Shown: piece after piece, positions 47,824 to 57,119 of the stretch
Layout: each line of letters opens with the position of its first letter
Numbering within the stretch: the first letter of the stretch is position 1
Virus record (IMG/VR): IMGVR_UViG_3300035698_022762
Location: 1 to 64,000 of that record
Reading direction: 5' to 3' (one strand)
Source of the DNA: a virus
DNA: 64,000 bases
The notes under the pieces: generated by a model
Database searches by the model: none
The model's input: only the letters and a program-made list of their open reading frames with translations
Told to the model about the DNA's origin: nothing
Made by a program: the position numbers and the translations under genes

Positions 47824-50373
47824 ATGCCTTGGTGGGATGTTTTTAAAGTTTTTACATATGCGTTTGAGCAAGACCCCCTTTCTCGAAAAAAAGACGGGCA
47901 AGACCTCACTACAGGCGTTGGCGTTTCCCAAGCAGATGCTATACCGGACATAAGACAAGATGGTAGTTTCTCTGGTGGTGATAGTTCTAGTCTGGTGCGT
48001 CTAAGATCAACAAACGATTTTATCGATTTAACATCAGTCTCTAATAGACAAAGTAGATATAAAGAATATGAAAGACTAAGAAATCTACCTGAAATAGAAA
48101 TGGTAATGACTGTGTTTGCAGATGAGTCTTGCTTGACAGGAGATACTAAGGTAAATACTCTTTATCATGGATTGAAATCATTAAAATGGTTAACTGAAAA
48201 TCTAGAACATGAAGAATTTTTAGTGTATTGTTGGGATTTTGAAAAAAACGATTACACCTTTGGATGGGCATACAATCCTAGAGTTGTTAAAACAGATAAA
48301 GTAGTAGAAGTAAAATTAGACGACGGCACAAAATTCAAAGCCACCTATGATCATAGAGTATTGAAAAATGATAATACTTGGGTGAATGCTATAGATTTGG
48401 AAATAGGAGATGATTTAAAATCTTTTTATAGAAAAGAAGCAGATACTAAGCTTTCTAGAAAAAAAGAAAATCAATTCATGAGAATATATTCTCCACAAAG
48501 GGGATGGATTAATGAGAGACAATTCATAGAAGAATGGAAAAGCCAAAAATTTTCTGAAAAATATGAAAGAGTTAATAAAGCTAGAAAACTAATAGCTGCT
48601 GGACTTACTACAAACGAATGTGCAAAAATAATGCAGTGTCAGTGGCGTACCATTGCTTTGATGATAGAAAAAGAAGGATTTTCTGGACGTGAATTGAAAA
48701 AACTTGGTGAAAGCCAAAAATCAAGAAAAATTATTGGAATAAGAAAAGTAGGCAATGAAGCAGTTTATGATTTGTCCGTAAAAGAACATGAAAACTTTTG
48801 TGGAGAATCTGCTGTTTTTCACAATTGCCAAATAGGAGAAAACAAACACCTATTTACAATAGAATGTTCAAACGATGCTGTGAAAAAAGAATTGGAATAT
48901 ATTCTTTTTCATAGAAAAGAATTAAACCTAGATAGAAAACTTACAAATTGGGCGAAAAATTTATATATTTACGGCGATCTTTTTGTCGAAATATGTATAC
49001 ATCCAGAAATGCCTAAAGCTGGAGTTTTAAGATTAAAAGAACTTCCAGTCGATACCATGTATAGATTGGAAACTACTAAAGATAGAACTATAGAATTCCA
49101 ACAAGCAAAAGAATCTCCAGATGTTCAAGCTTTGGAAATAGATATATCTCAAGCTACAGATGCAGAATTAAAACAAAGTAAAGCAATAAGATTTAGACCA
49201 GAACAAATAGTTCACTTCAAAATTGGAGAAGATAGAAAACTATTTAAACCATACGGACAATCTTTAGTCGAACCTGCTCGTGGGCCAGCACATCAATTAA
49301 GATTGATGGAAGACGCTATGGTTACATATAGACTGACTAGAGCGCCAGAGCGTAGAGTGTTCTACATAGATACTAAAACCTTACCACCATTTAAAGCAGA
49401 AGCTTTTATGGAAAGAATTAAAGACCAATTCCGTAAAAAGAAAGTGGGCAAAAGGGGCGGTGCAGGTGGAGCTAACAGCGTAGAAGAAAGATGGCACGCA
49501 CCCGCACAAGACGAAGATTTTTGGGTTCCAATTCAAGGGCAAAGCAATACTAGGATTGAAACTCTACCGGGTGCGTCGAATCTTGGCGAAATAGATGATG
49601 CTGTATATTTTAGAGATAAGCTATTTACTGCTCTCAACTTCCCTAAAAACTATTTTAGCAACGATGATCCACAAGCATCTAGAATTGCTCTTTCTGCTCA
49701 AGATGTGAAGTTTGCAAGGATGATAGAAAGACTTCAAAGAAACATAGAAGACGGTCTTTATATTATTGCAGAAAGACACTTATCTCTTAAAGGTTTTCCA
49801 GAAGAAGACTATGAAGATTTAATAATCCGCATGACTCCCCCTTCTGATTGGCGTGAAATGAGCCGTGCAGAAATTATATCTAATAGAATAAACAATTCTA
49901 ATAGCATTAAAGGATCAATGCTAATGTCAGACTTTGATATTTTGACAAAATGGATGAAATATACGGACAAAGATACAAAAGAAATAATGTCCAGAAACAA
50001 AATTCAAAAACTAGAAGAATTGAAGATACAAGTTATCGCACAAAACCCTCAACTAATGGGTGTAGGTATTCCCGGAAACGAAGATGGTCAAGAAATAGGT
50101 GCAGAAGCTGGTGGATTAAACCCACCATTAAATCCAGATCAGCCTATGGGACAACCAGACCAACAATCTTTAAACATGGATAATGAACTGAATCCTCAAT
50201 TAGATCAAGGTCAAGGAATGTCTGGTGGGGGTGCTACTAATAATGAACCAAGTGTTAAGCACCAACCATTACCAGAACCTTCTGATGAAGATTTGAAAAA
50301 GTATGATCTTCAAGTGCAAAACTATAGTCAAGAATTAGATAGAGAAGAAATAGACTACAACTACGAAAATTAA
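47824..50373 (+). CDS. gp20: Portal protein (T4 gp20-like) containing an intein
   Basis: QLRLMEDAMVTYRLTRAPERRVFYID, EDFWVP, TRIETLPGASNLGEIDD, LFTALNFP, DVKFARMIERLQ. Confidence 0.95.
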   Translation: MPWWDVFKVFTYAFEQDPLSRKKDGQDLTTGVGVSQADAIPDIRQDGSFSGGDSSSLVRLRSTNDFIDLTSVSNRQSRYKEYERLRNLPEIEMVMTVFADESCLTGDTKVNTLYHGLKSLKWLTENLEHEEFLVYCWDFEKNDYTFGWAYNPRVVKTDKVVEVKLDDGTKFKATYDHRVLKNDNTWVNAIDLEIGDDLKSFYRKEADTKLSRKKENQFMRIYSPQRGWINERQFIEEWKSQKFSEKYERVNKARKLIAAGLTTNECAKIMQCQWRTIALMIEKEGFSGRELKKLGESQKSRKIIGIRKVGNEAVYDLSVKEHENFCGESAVFHNCQIGENKHLFTIECSNDAVKKELEYILFHRKELNLDRKLTNWAKNLYIYGDLFVEICIHPEMPKAGVLRLKELPVDTMYRLETTKDRTIEFQQAKESPDVQALEIDISQATDAELKQSKAIRFRPEQIVHFKIGEDRKLFKPYGQSLVEPARGPAHQLRLMEDAMVTYRLTRAPERRVFYIDTKTLPPFKAEAFMERIKDQFRKKKVGKRGGAGGANSVEERWHAPAQDEDFWVPIQGQSNTRIETLPGASNLGEIDDAVYFRDKLFTALNFPKNYFSNDDPQASRIALSAQDVKFARMIERLQRNIEDGLYIIAERHLSLKGFPEEDYEDLIIRMTPPSDWREMSRAEIISNRINNSNSIKGSMLMSDFDILTKWMKYTDKDTKEIMSRNKIQKLEELKIQVIAQNPQLMGVGIPGNEDGQEIGAEAGGLNPPLNPDQPMGQPDQQSLNMDNELNPQLDQGQGMSGGGATNNEPSVKHQPLPEPSDEDLKKYDLQVQNYSQELDREEIDYNYEN
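48130..48825 (+). mobile_element. Intein (232 aa, Cys103-Asn334) in portal
   Basis: Block A CLTGDTKV, block B ATYDHRVL, blocks F/G VYDLSVKEHENF..VFHN, +1 Cys. Confidence 0.93.
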
Positions 50374-50720
50374 ATATCATCTCCATCATCAGGACTTCCT
50401 GCGCCATCAGCAGGTGAAGCTATGAATTCATCTTTGTCTTTACTATCTACAGCATGGCTCATTTTACTAGCAGCTTGGCTCAAATTAGATAGGTTGTCAT
50501 CTACACTATCTAAAAGGTGTGATATTTCCTCATCTTTAGTTGCCAGCTTCCTGAAAAAAGATAAAGTTTCATTACGATATCTATCAAAGGCCATTCTGGA
50601 TATTTTAAATAAAGAAGAAGTACCTTCTCTTTCTGGTTCTGATAGTGATGCATTACCTACAACGTCATCACCTACATCATTAGAATTGCGTTCTGTATAG
50701 AATGACTTAAAAGATTTCAT
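50370..50720 (-). CDS. Small acidic protein, possible internal head protein
   Basis: MKSFKSFYTE N-terminus; AGGAG RBS. Confidence 0.7.
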   Translation of the reverse strand: MKSFKSFYTERNSNDVGDDVVGNASLSEPEREGTSSLFKISRMAFDRYRNETLSFFRKLATKDEEISHLLDSVDDNLSNLSQAASKMSHAVDSKDKDEFIASPADGAGSPDDGDDI

Positions 50721-50867
50721 ATTATAACTCCTGTTTTTTGTTTCTGCTGCATACTATATCTATAGCTAAGTGAACGATTTGTGTCAATAATTTGTTCTGC
50801 TTTTCTAATTTAGTGGAGAAGCTTTAAAAGGTAACAGGACAATTAAAAATAATTTAGGAGCTAAAAT

Positions 50868-52694
50868 ATGAAAAGAAAACTAGTTAACTTCGAAATCTTC
50901 GAAGAAATGCAAAAAAATTCGCTCACTGCAGCCGAAATGGAGCTTCAGGAAGCCAGTCCAATAATTGCTGCTGCAACAGGAGCAGACGAATTGGAATTAG
51001 TTAGTTTTGGACAAGATAATGTCATCTATGAAAATCTAGATGGTACATATGTTCAAGCTAACTATGAAATTAAAAATGGAAAAATCTTCCTAGAAAATAT
51101 TTCCCAATTGGTTGTGGATGAGGAAAGTGAAGTTACTCATAGAAAAGAAAAAATTTCCGAAATGGTTGATGCCATATTGGATAGCAAGAGCGAGAAAGCT
51201 AGCTCTATTTTCTCTGAAATCGCCTTCAAAGTAACTAGCTCTAAACCCAAGAGCGGCGACAAGAAAAGAAAAAGTTCTAAACGTGGAAAAACTATTGGTG
51301 GGTCTTCTGCTAGAAAAAGCTGGATCACTCGTAGAAAGAACAAAAAGAAGTTCAGCACTGATAATCCCGGTGTTAAAGCACAAATAGACAGAGTGGCAGA
51401 TCGTGAAAAAAGAAAACTTGGTAGAAAACCACGTACTACTAAAGGCACTCAACATATTAGAACTTACACAAGATTCGGTAAGAATATGAAAGAATGGACC
51501 ATGATGGTAGAAAACGTATTTGATTACGTTGACTACAAAACTTATGGTCCTGTGCTTAAAGAGTCTGTAGTTAGTAGAGATGAAGATGGCAACGTAGTTG
51601 CACTTCAAATTCCTACAATGAAATTAAGAAATGAAGCTAAATTACTTAGCTTTGATTGGAAAACTCCTGACACCAAAGTTACTGTGCTTAGAAATGGCGC
51701 AAAAATGATTGGTGAAAGCGAAAACTTCTGCAAGGCAGTAGCTGAACTAAAAAGACACAACGCTCTTTCAGATAGTAACGCACTAGAAGAAACTCTAGGA
51801 GATATAGTTTCCAAATGGTCAGACATAATTTACTTGACCGAAAATGAATTGTCTAAAATGATTAAGAAATCTTTGGATACCATTGGTACCAAAAACTACG
51901 ACGATCAAACTTGTCAGTTTATGGCCGAAGGTATTTTAAGAACTGCACATGAAATATACACAGAAAAAGTCGCTGCCATTATAACTATGGCTGGACAAAC
52001 TATTAGTGAAGAATCAGAAGATCAATATGCTGATTTCAGAAAAGTTGCTGATGAATTGTTTAGTAACCTAGACGAAAGCAACATGACTGAAATGCAAGTC
52101 TATGTCGATCTTTATAATGCTCTAAGAGAAGTGTATCAAGGTGCAGATAGTGATGCACTATTGGATGAAGCAGAAATGCATCTTTCCGAACTAGCAGCAA
52201 TTATTAATAAAGAAATTGCACCTTCTCTAGATGTGGCAGCAGATGCTGCTGATTTCTTGGCAGATGTCATCGAAGAAACTAATCTCAATACTAAAGATTG
52301 GCAAGTTTCCAATAGCACGCACACATCCATTAATGGTGATCACCCTGCTATGAAAGAAAAAGCTAATTCGTCATACACCCCTTCCAGAGACTTCTCTGGT
52401 GACTACAACGATCCTGCCCCTGTAAGTGACGGAGATTGGCGTATAGGCAAAGGTAGTGATGATGCAGAAGAAATGAGAGGAAGATCACACGGAAACATAG
52501 GCGGAAATGACACCTATCCATCATTAAACAACCCATACGTGCCAAAACCATATGGTGATTACACTATGAAGAATGAAAAAGGTGTTGATAAAGACAATGA
52601 TCCGAATGGACAATGGGGCAGTGGCGATACGTGGCCAAACTTGAAAAACCCATATGTTCCACAAGCTGTGACTCCCCAACCTGTAACCGAGTAA
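50868..52694 (+). CDS. Prohead core-like protein
   Basis: Between portal and protease (gp67/gp68 position); acidic with a highly basic island; AGGAG RBS. Confidence 0.55.
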   Translation: MKRKLVNFEIFEEMQKNSLTAAEMELQEASPIIAAATGADELELVSFGQDNVIYENLDGTYVQANYEIKNGKIFLENISQLVVDEESEVTHRKEKISEMVDAILDSKSEKASSIFSEIAFKVTSSKPKSGDKKRKSSKRGKTIGGSSARKSWITRRKNKKKFSTDNPGVKAQIDRVADREKRKLGRKPRTTKGTQHIRTYTRFGKNMKEWTMMVENVFDYVDYKTYGPVLKESVVSRDEDGNVVALQIPTMKLRNEAKLLSFDWKTPDTKVTVLRNGAKMIGESENFCKAVAELKRHNALSDSNALEETLGDIVSKWSDIIYLTENELSKMIKKSLDTIGTKNYDDQTCQFMAEGILRTAHEIYTEKVAAIITMAGQTISEESEDQYADFRKVADELFSNLDESNMTEMQVYVDLYNALREVYQGADSDALLDEAEMHLSELAAIINKEIAPSLDVAADAADFLADVIEETNLNTKDWQVSNSTHTSINGDHPAMKEKANSSYTPSRDFSGDYNDPAPVSDGDWRIGKGSDDAEEMRGRSHGNIGGNDTYPSLNNPYVPKPYGDYTMKNEKGVDKDNDPNGQWGSGDTWPNLKNPYVPQAVTPQPVTE

Positions 52695-52711
52695 TTTAAG
52701 AAAGGACGCTT

Positions 52712-53455
52712 ATGGAAATTTTATTATCAGAAAGTGCCTTTTCACCCGGTCATGTTTTCAAAAATGAATGCTTGATATACGGTGACAGTAGTGGGGCAAT
52801 ATTAAATGAAATGGTCAACTTAAATGAAAGTACTGACCCTGCTAACTCTGTAGTTAAATTTAGAGGCAAGTTTCAAGAAGCAGAAGCTATCAACAAAAAT
52901 AAAAGATCATATCCGTACAATGTTCTTGATAGCAATGTTAAAAGATTAGAAGAATCTGTAAAGAATGGCGCACTATGTGGTGAGCTAGACCACCCTACAG
53001 ATTCAATCGTACACTTTTCAAGTGTCTCACATAAAATCACAAAATTATGGTGGGAAGGAAAAGTTTTAATGGGAGAGGGAACAATACTAAACACACCTTG
53101 TGGAAAAATCCTTCGATCATTAATTAACGATGGAGTTAGAGTTGGAATCAGCAGCCGGGGAGTCGGAACTGGACGTGTTGATGAAAATGGCATCCTTCAA
53201 ATTGCTGAAGGATACAAACTCATAACTTTCGATGCCGTGGCCGATCCTAGTACTCATTCAGCCTTCCAAGAAAAAATTAAAGGAAGCAAAAATGAAATGG
53301 CACACGAACATCAAACCCCTATAGCTAATTTAGAAAATAATACTGCGAAAAATAACGCTAGTGGCATATATAAAATTAATAAAGAGCTACTTTTAGCTTG
53401 TGTAGGTGGCGAAATCAAAAAACAGACAAGTAAACTCAAAGAGAGGTTAAGCTAA
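52712..53455 (+). CDS. gp21: Prohead maturation protease (T4 gp21-like, peptidase U9)
   Basis: NKNKRSYP, GELDHP, GISSRGVG, ITFDAVADPS. Confidence 0.95.
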   Translation: MEILLSESAFSPGHVFKNECLIYGDSSGAILNEMVNLNESTDPANSVVKFRGKFQEAEAINKNKRSYPYNVLDSNVKRLEESVKNGALCGELDHPTDSIVHFSSVSHKITKLWWEGKVLMGEGTILNTPCGKILRSLINDGVRVGISSRGVGTGRVDENGILQIAEGYKLITFDAVADPSTHSAFQEKIKGSKNEMAHEHQTPIANLENNTAKNNASGIYKINKELLLACVGGEIKKQTSKLKERLS

Positions 53456-53456
53456 T

Positions 53457-54386
53457 ATGGATAAACTAACAGAAGCATTGAGCAAGCTTTTACCAGAAGA
53501 TCAAGTTCAAGAAGTAGCATCAGCCGTTGAAGAAATGTTCAACGAAGGGAAAGAGGAACTTGAAGCTGAATACAACACCAAGCTGGAAGAAGCATACGAA
53601 GAACTTTCTAAAGAAAAAGAAGATGCAGAAACAGTAGCTGAAAAAGGCTACCAAGAAGCATACGAAATAATTCAAGACCTTAGAAGTAGACTCGAAACAC
53701 AAAAAAATGAATTCGATGTCGCTCTCGAAGAAGGATATGAAGAAGCATACCAAATGCTTAAATCTGAAAGAAGCAAAAACGATAATATCGAAGTTGAACT
53801 TTATGAAGAGTATGAAACAAAACTCAAAGATATGAAAGAATACTTTGTAGATAAAATCGATGAATTCCTAGAACATAAAGGTGATGAAATTTACGAACAA
53901 GCAAAGAAAGATATACTCAATGACCCAAGAATGGTTGAGCATAAACTTACTCTTAGCAAAATCGTTGATACCGTCTCTGGATACATATCTGATGAAGATT
54001 ATGCACATGTTTCTAACTCCAAGTTAGAAGAAGCACATAGAGCTTTTGAAGATATTAAAGGACAAATGAAAATACTTGAAGCTAAGAACATTCGTGTCTC
54101 AGCCGAAAATAATAAACTTAATGAACAAGTGAGACAAAGCTCGCAAGTCATTAAGGAACATCAGGAAGCTAATACAGTTTCTGATAGAAAAGAAAGAAAA
54201 GAATTGAAAAGAACTGTGCAGGGGAGTGGAAAAACTGTATCTGATGATCAAATTGAACTTATCAAAGAACATCAAGAAACAGAAAGACCTGACGCCGTTG
54301 TAAATGAGGATGATAACTTCTTCGACGAGAAAACGTTGAGTGAATGGACCAGACTCTCAGGTGTTAAAGGTGCTGATCAAGACTAA
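53457..54386 (+). CDS. Prohead core scaffold protein (gp22-like)
   Basis: Very acidic coiled-coil between protease and capsid; VDKIDEFLE. Confidence 0.8.
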   Translation: MDKLTEALSKLLPEDQVQEVASAVEEMFNEGKEELEAEYNTKLEEAYEELSKEKEDAETVAEKGYQEAYEIIQDLRSRLETQKNEFDVALEEGYEEAYQMLKSERSKNDNIEVELYEEYETKLKDMKEYFVDKIDEFLEHKGDEIYEQAKKDILNDPRMVEHKLTLSKIVDTVSGYISDEDYAHVSNSKLEEAHRAFEDIKGQMKILEAKNIRVSAENNKLNEQVRQSSQVIKEHQEANTVSDRKERKELKRTVQGSGKTVSDDQIELIKEHQETERPDAVVNEDDNFFDEKTLSEWTRLSGVKGADQD

Positions 54387-54434
54387 GACCAATAGTCTGT
54401 CCCGTAAAAAAAGAATTTAATTAGGAGAAAATAA

Positions 54435-55892
54435 ATGCAAAATGGTAATGCAAGATTATTGAACGAAGCTAAAGAGCTTGAAAGACTTTGGGGTGAAAAA
54501 ACTACCTTGCTAGAAGGTATTGACGATAAATATGTACGCTCCACTACTGCTGTAATGCTCGAAAACCAAAGATTGATTAATGAAATTATGCTTTCGGAAG
54601 TCTCAACTGATTCTTCAGATATTGCTCAATTCAAAAGAATTTCGATCCCACTTGTTAGACGCATCTATCCGCAATTGATCGCTAACAAAATCGTCTCTGT
54701 GCAACCCTTACTTGGACCTGCCGGTTTAGTGTATTACTTACGCTTCCGTTATTCCAGTAATAAAGGTGCAACTAGAGGGCAAAGTAATAACTCAGGTTAT
54801 CCCGGTGATGATGCAAACAGCTTGATGCAAACTGCATCCGGTGATGCAAACCTTGATATCTTTTACTCCCATCAGTTCATTCAAAATGAAACTACTAGTA
54901 CTGATAATGGTGATGATGTTACTTCCGTATATTCACCACTAGAACATACCCCAATCTTGGCTGGTACTGTTACTGGTACTCTCTATGATGGTTCAACTGC
55001 TGTTGGTACATTCACCATCAGCGAAAGCGATAGTGTAACAATCACTGACGTAGGTACTCCTACTCCCGGTGTTGACTCTATTGTCTTAGATAGAACCACT
55101 GGTGAAATGACTGTGACTTGGGACTCCGCTCCCGGTCCTAACCATGTCGTGCTTTCTTATGAGTACAACATGGAATGTCAGCAAGACCTTCCTGAAATCA
55201 ACCTAGCTGTTGAATCTCAAGAAATTATTGCTGTTACTCGTAAACTCAAAGCTGTGTGGTCATACGAAGGTCAACAAGACTTACGTTCGCAACACAACCT
55301 TGACCTCGAACAAGAATTGACTTCTGTGTTAGCACAAGAAATCAATCTTGAAATCGACCGTGAAATCCTTACTGACTTACGTCAAAATGCTGGTACTGTT
55401 GCCTCTTGGGACTATTCCACTGCATTGGGTGACACTATTAAAGAAAAATATGAAGCCCTCTACGTGAAGGTTACAGAAGTTTCTTCTATTATTCACCGTA
55501 AAACCCTAAGAAGTGGTGCGAACTGGATCGTTACTTCCCCTGAAGTTGCATCTATATTCGAAACTGCAACTGCTGGTTTTGCCCCTGCACCAAGTGAAAC
55601 TTTCACTTCTAGTTTGGGTATACAATATGTTGGTTCTGTTAGTAACAAATGGCGTCTCTACAAAGACCCGCTATTCCCATCCTCACAACTCTTAATGGGT
55701 TACAAGGGTGACAGCTATATGGACTCTGGTTATTTCTACTGCCCATATGTGCCACTAACGCAGACTCCAACGGTTCTCGATCCAGATAGTTTCTGCCCAA
55801 GAAAAGGAATTTTAACTAGATACGGGAAGGCTCTCCTTCGTGACGGTTCTAAATTCTACGCAAGAATGAGTATCGCCAATTTTGTGATCTAA
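54435..55892 (+). CDS. gp23: Major capsid protein (T4 gp23-like)
   Basis: TAVMLENQ, IPLVRRIYPQLIANKIVSVQPL, TRKLKAVWS, EINLEIDREI, DSGYFYCPYVPL, PRKGILTRYG. Confidence 0.97.
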   Translation: MQNGNARLLNEAKELERLWGEKTTLLEGIDDKYVRSTTAVMLENQRLINEIMLSEVSTDSSDIAQFKRISIPLVRRIYPQLIANKIVSVQPLLGPAGLVYYLRFRYSSNKGATRGQSNNSGYPGDDANSLMQTASGDANLDIFYSHQFIQNETTSTDNGDDVTSVYSPLEHTPILAGTVTGTLYDGSTAVGTFTISESDSVTITDVGTPTPGVDSIVLDRTTGEMTVTWDSAPGPNHVVLSYEYNMECQQDLPEINLAVESQEIIAVTRKLKAVWSYEGQQDLRSQHNLDLEQELTSVLAQEINLEIDREILTDLRQNAGTVASWDYSTALGDTIKEKYEALYVKVTEVSSIIHRKTLRSGANWIVTSPEVASIFETATAGFAPAPSETFTSSLGIQYVGSVSNKWRLYKDPLFPSSQLLMGYKGDSYMDSGYFYCPYVPLTQTPTVLDPDSFCPRKGILTRYGKALLRDGSKFYARMSIANFVI

Positions 55893-55916
55893 TTTTTGAT
55901 CATAAATGTTTGATAT

Positions 55917-55953
55917 AAAAGGGTTTACGAGTTTATCGTAAACCCTTTTTTTT
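55917..55953 (+). terminator. Rho-independent terminator after the capsid gene
   Basis: aaaagggtttacga-gttta-tcgtaaaccc followed by T8. Confidence 0.93.
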
Positions 55954-55982
55954 ATTCATACAACGACATTGAGACGCAACGC

Positions 55983-56040
55983 ATATGCAAAAAACAAAAC
56001 AGATAACTTAATTAGCAAAGCTGTTTTATTTTTTGTATAT
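55983..56040. repeat. 20-bp imperfect inverted repeat
   Basis: atatgcaaaaaacaaaacag / ctgttttattttttgtatat with one mismatch, one G-T pair and an 18-nt loop. Confidence 0.7.
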
Positions 56041-56055
56041 ATACTTAGTTAGCTA

Positions 56056-56084
56056 TTGCGTTTTTACAAACAGTATGTTATAAT
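56056..56084 (+). promoter_or_regulatory. Sigma70-type promoter upstream of the nuclease-cas run
   Basis: TTGCGT-17 nt-TATAAT with extended TGn; 14 nt before ATG 56099. Confidence 0.75.
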
Positions 56085-56098
56085 ATTCGAATATTAAA

Positions 56099-57118
56099 AT
56101 GGAAGAAAGCTTAAAACAAAAAAACATAAAATTATTTCAAGAATGGCATGAAAAAAATAAGGAGTCACCTGAAAACATTTCTTGGTATAGCTCTAAAAAG
56201 GTTTGGTGGAAATGTGATGCAGGGCATGAATGGGAAGCAAAGGTTTTCTCTCGTTTTAGAAAAAACAGTAAATGCCCATTTTGTTCTGGAAGACGGGCTT
56301 GTGAGGAAAATTCTTTAGGAAAAATAAATCCAGAATTGGTTTCGGAATGGCATGTTAAAAACATTAAAACTCCTTTTGATTATGTTTCTGGTAGTACTTT
56401 CAAGGCTTGGTGGAAATGTAAAAACAAACATGAATGGCAATCTGAAATCCGCAACAGAACTCAAAGAAAACATGGTTGCCCATTTTGTTCAAATATGTCT
56501 GTAGATGAGGACAATTGTGTTGAAAAAACACATAAACATCTTATGCATGAATGGCATTGCAATAATAAATACAAACCTAATGAATTAGTAGCAGGCAGTG
56601 CAAAAATAATTTTATGGCAGTGTTCTAAATGTAGTCATGAATGGTGTGCTAGAGTCGCTTCTAGAGCATTAGAAAAAAAGAACTGCCCTATATGTGCAAA
56701 TTATATCAAAAGCATAACAATGTCCGAAAAGATTCTAAATGGATGGAACAGTTATAAAAATTCTTGTTTAACAGGGTATTTCTTTTCTGATAAAAATAAC
56801 AAAAAAATATTCTTTAGAAGTTCTTATGAAAAAAAAGCCTTTGAAATTTTAGAAAATGATGATGAGGTTGCAAACTATAAAATAGAACATATAAAAATAA
56901 AATATAAACATGAAAACAAATATAGGTTTTACATTCCTGATATATTGGTGGAATACGTCAATGGGGAATCACAATTGATTGAAATTAAACCTTTGAAAAT
57001 GTTCAAAATTAAAGGTAAAAAGAAACTCATCTCTAAACTAAAGGCATTGTCAAAGTATAGTAAAGATAACAACATGAAGAAATGCTTAATCTGGCATGAG
57101 AAACATTTAGGGATTTAA
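56099..57118 (+). CDS. Zinc-ribbon repeat (DUF4379-like x3) protein with C-terminal TnsA-like PD-(D/E)XK endonuclease
   Basis: Three EWH..N...WW.C..HEW.......R....CP.C units; FRSSYE, YIPDILVEY, LIEIKP. Confidence 0.8.
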   Translation: MEESLKQKNIKLFQEWHEKNKESPENISWYSSKKVWWKCDAGHEWEAKVFSRFRKNSKCPFCSGRRACEENSLGKINPELVSEWHVKNIKTPFDYVSGSTFKAWWKCKNKHEWQSEIRNRTQRKHGCPFCSNMSVDEDNCVEKTHKHLMHEWHCNNKYKPNELVAGSAKIILWQCSKCSHEWCARVASRALEKKNCPICANYIKSITMSEKILNGWNSYKNSCLTGYFFSDKNNKKIFFRSSYEKKAFEILENDDEVANYKIEHIKIKYKHENKYRFYIPDILVEYVNGESQLIEIKPLKMFKIKGKKKLISKLKALSKYSKDNNMKKCLIWHEKHLGI

Positions 57119-57119
57119 A

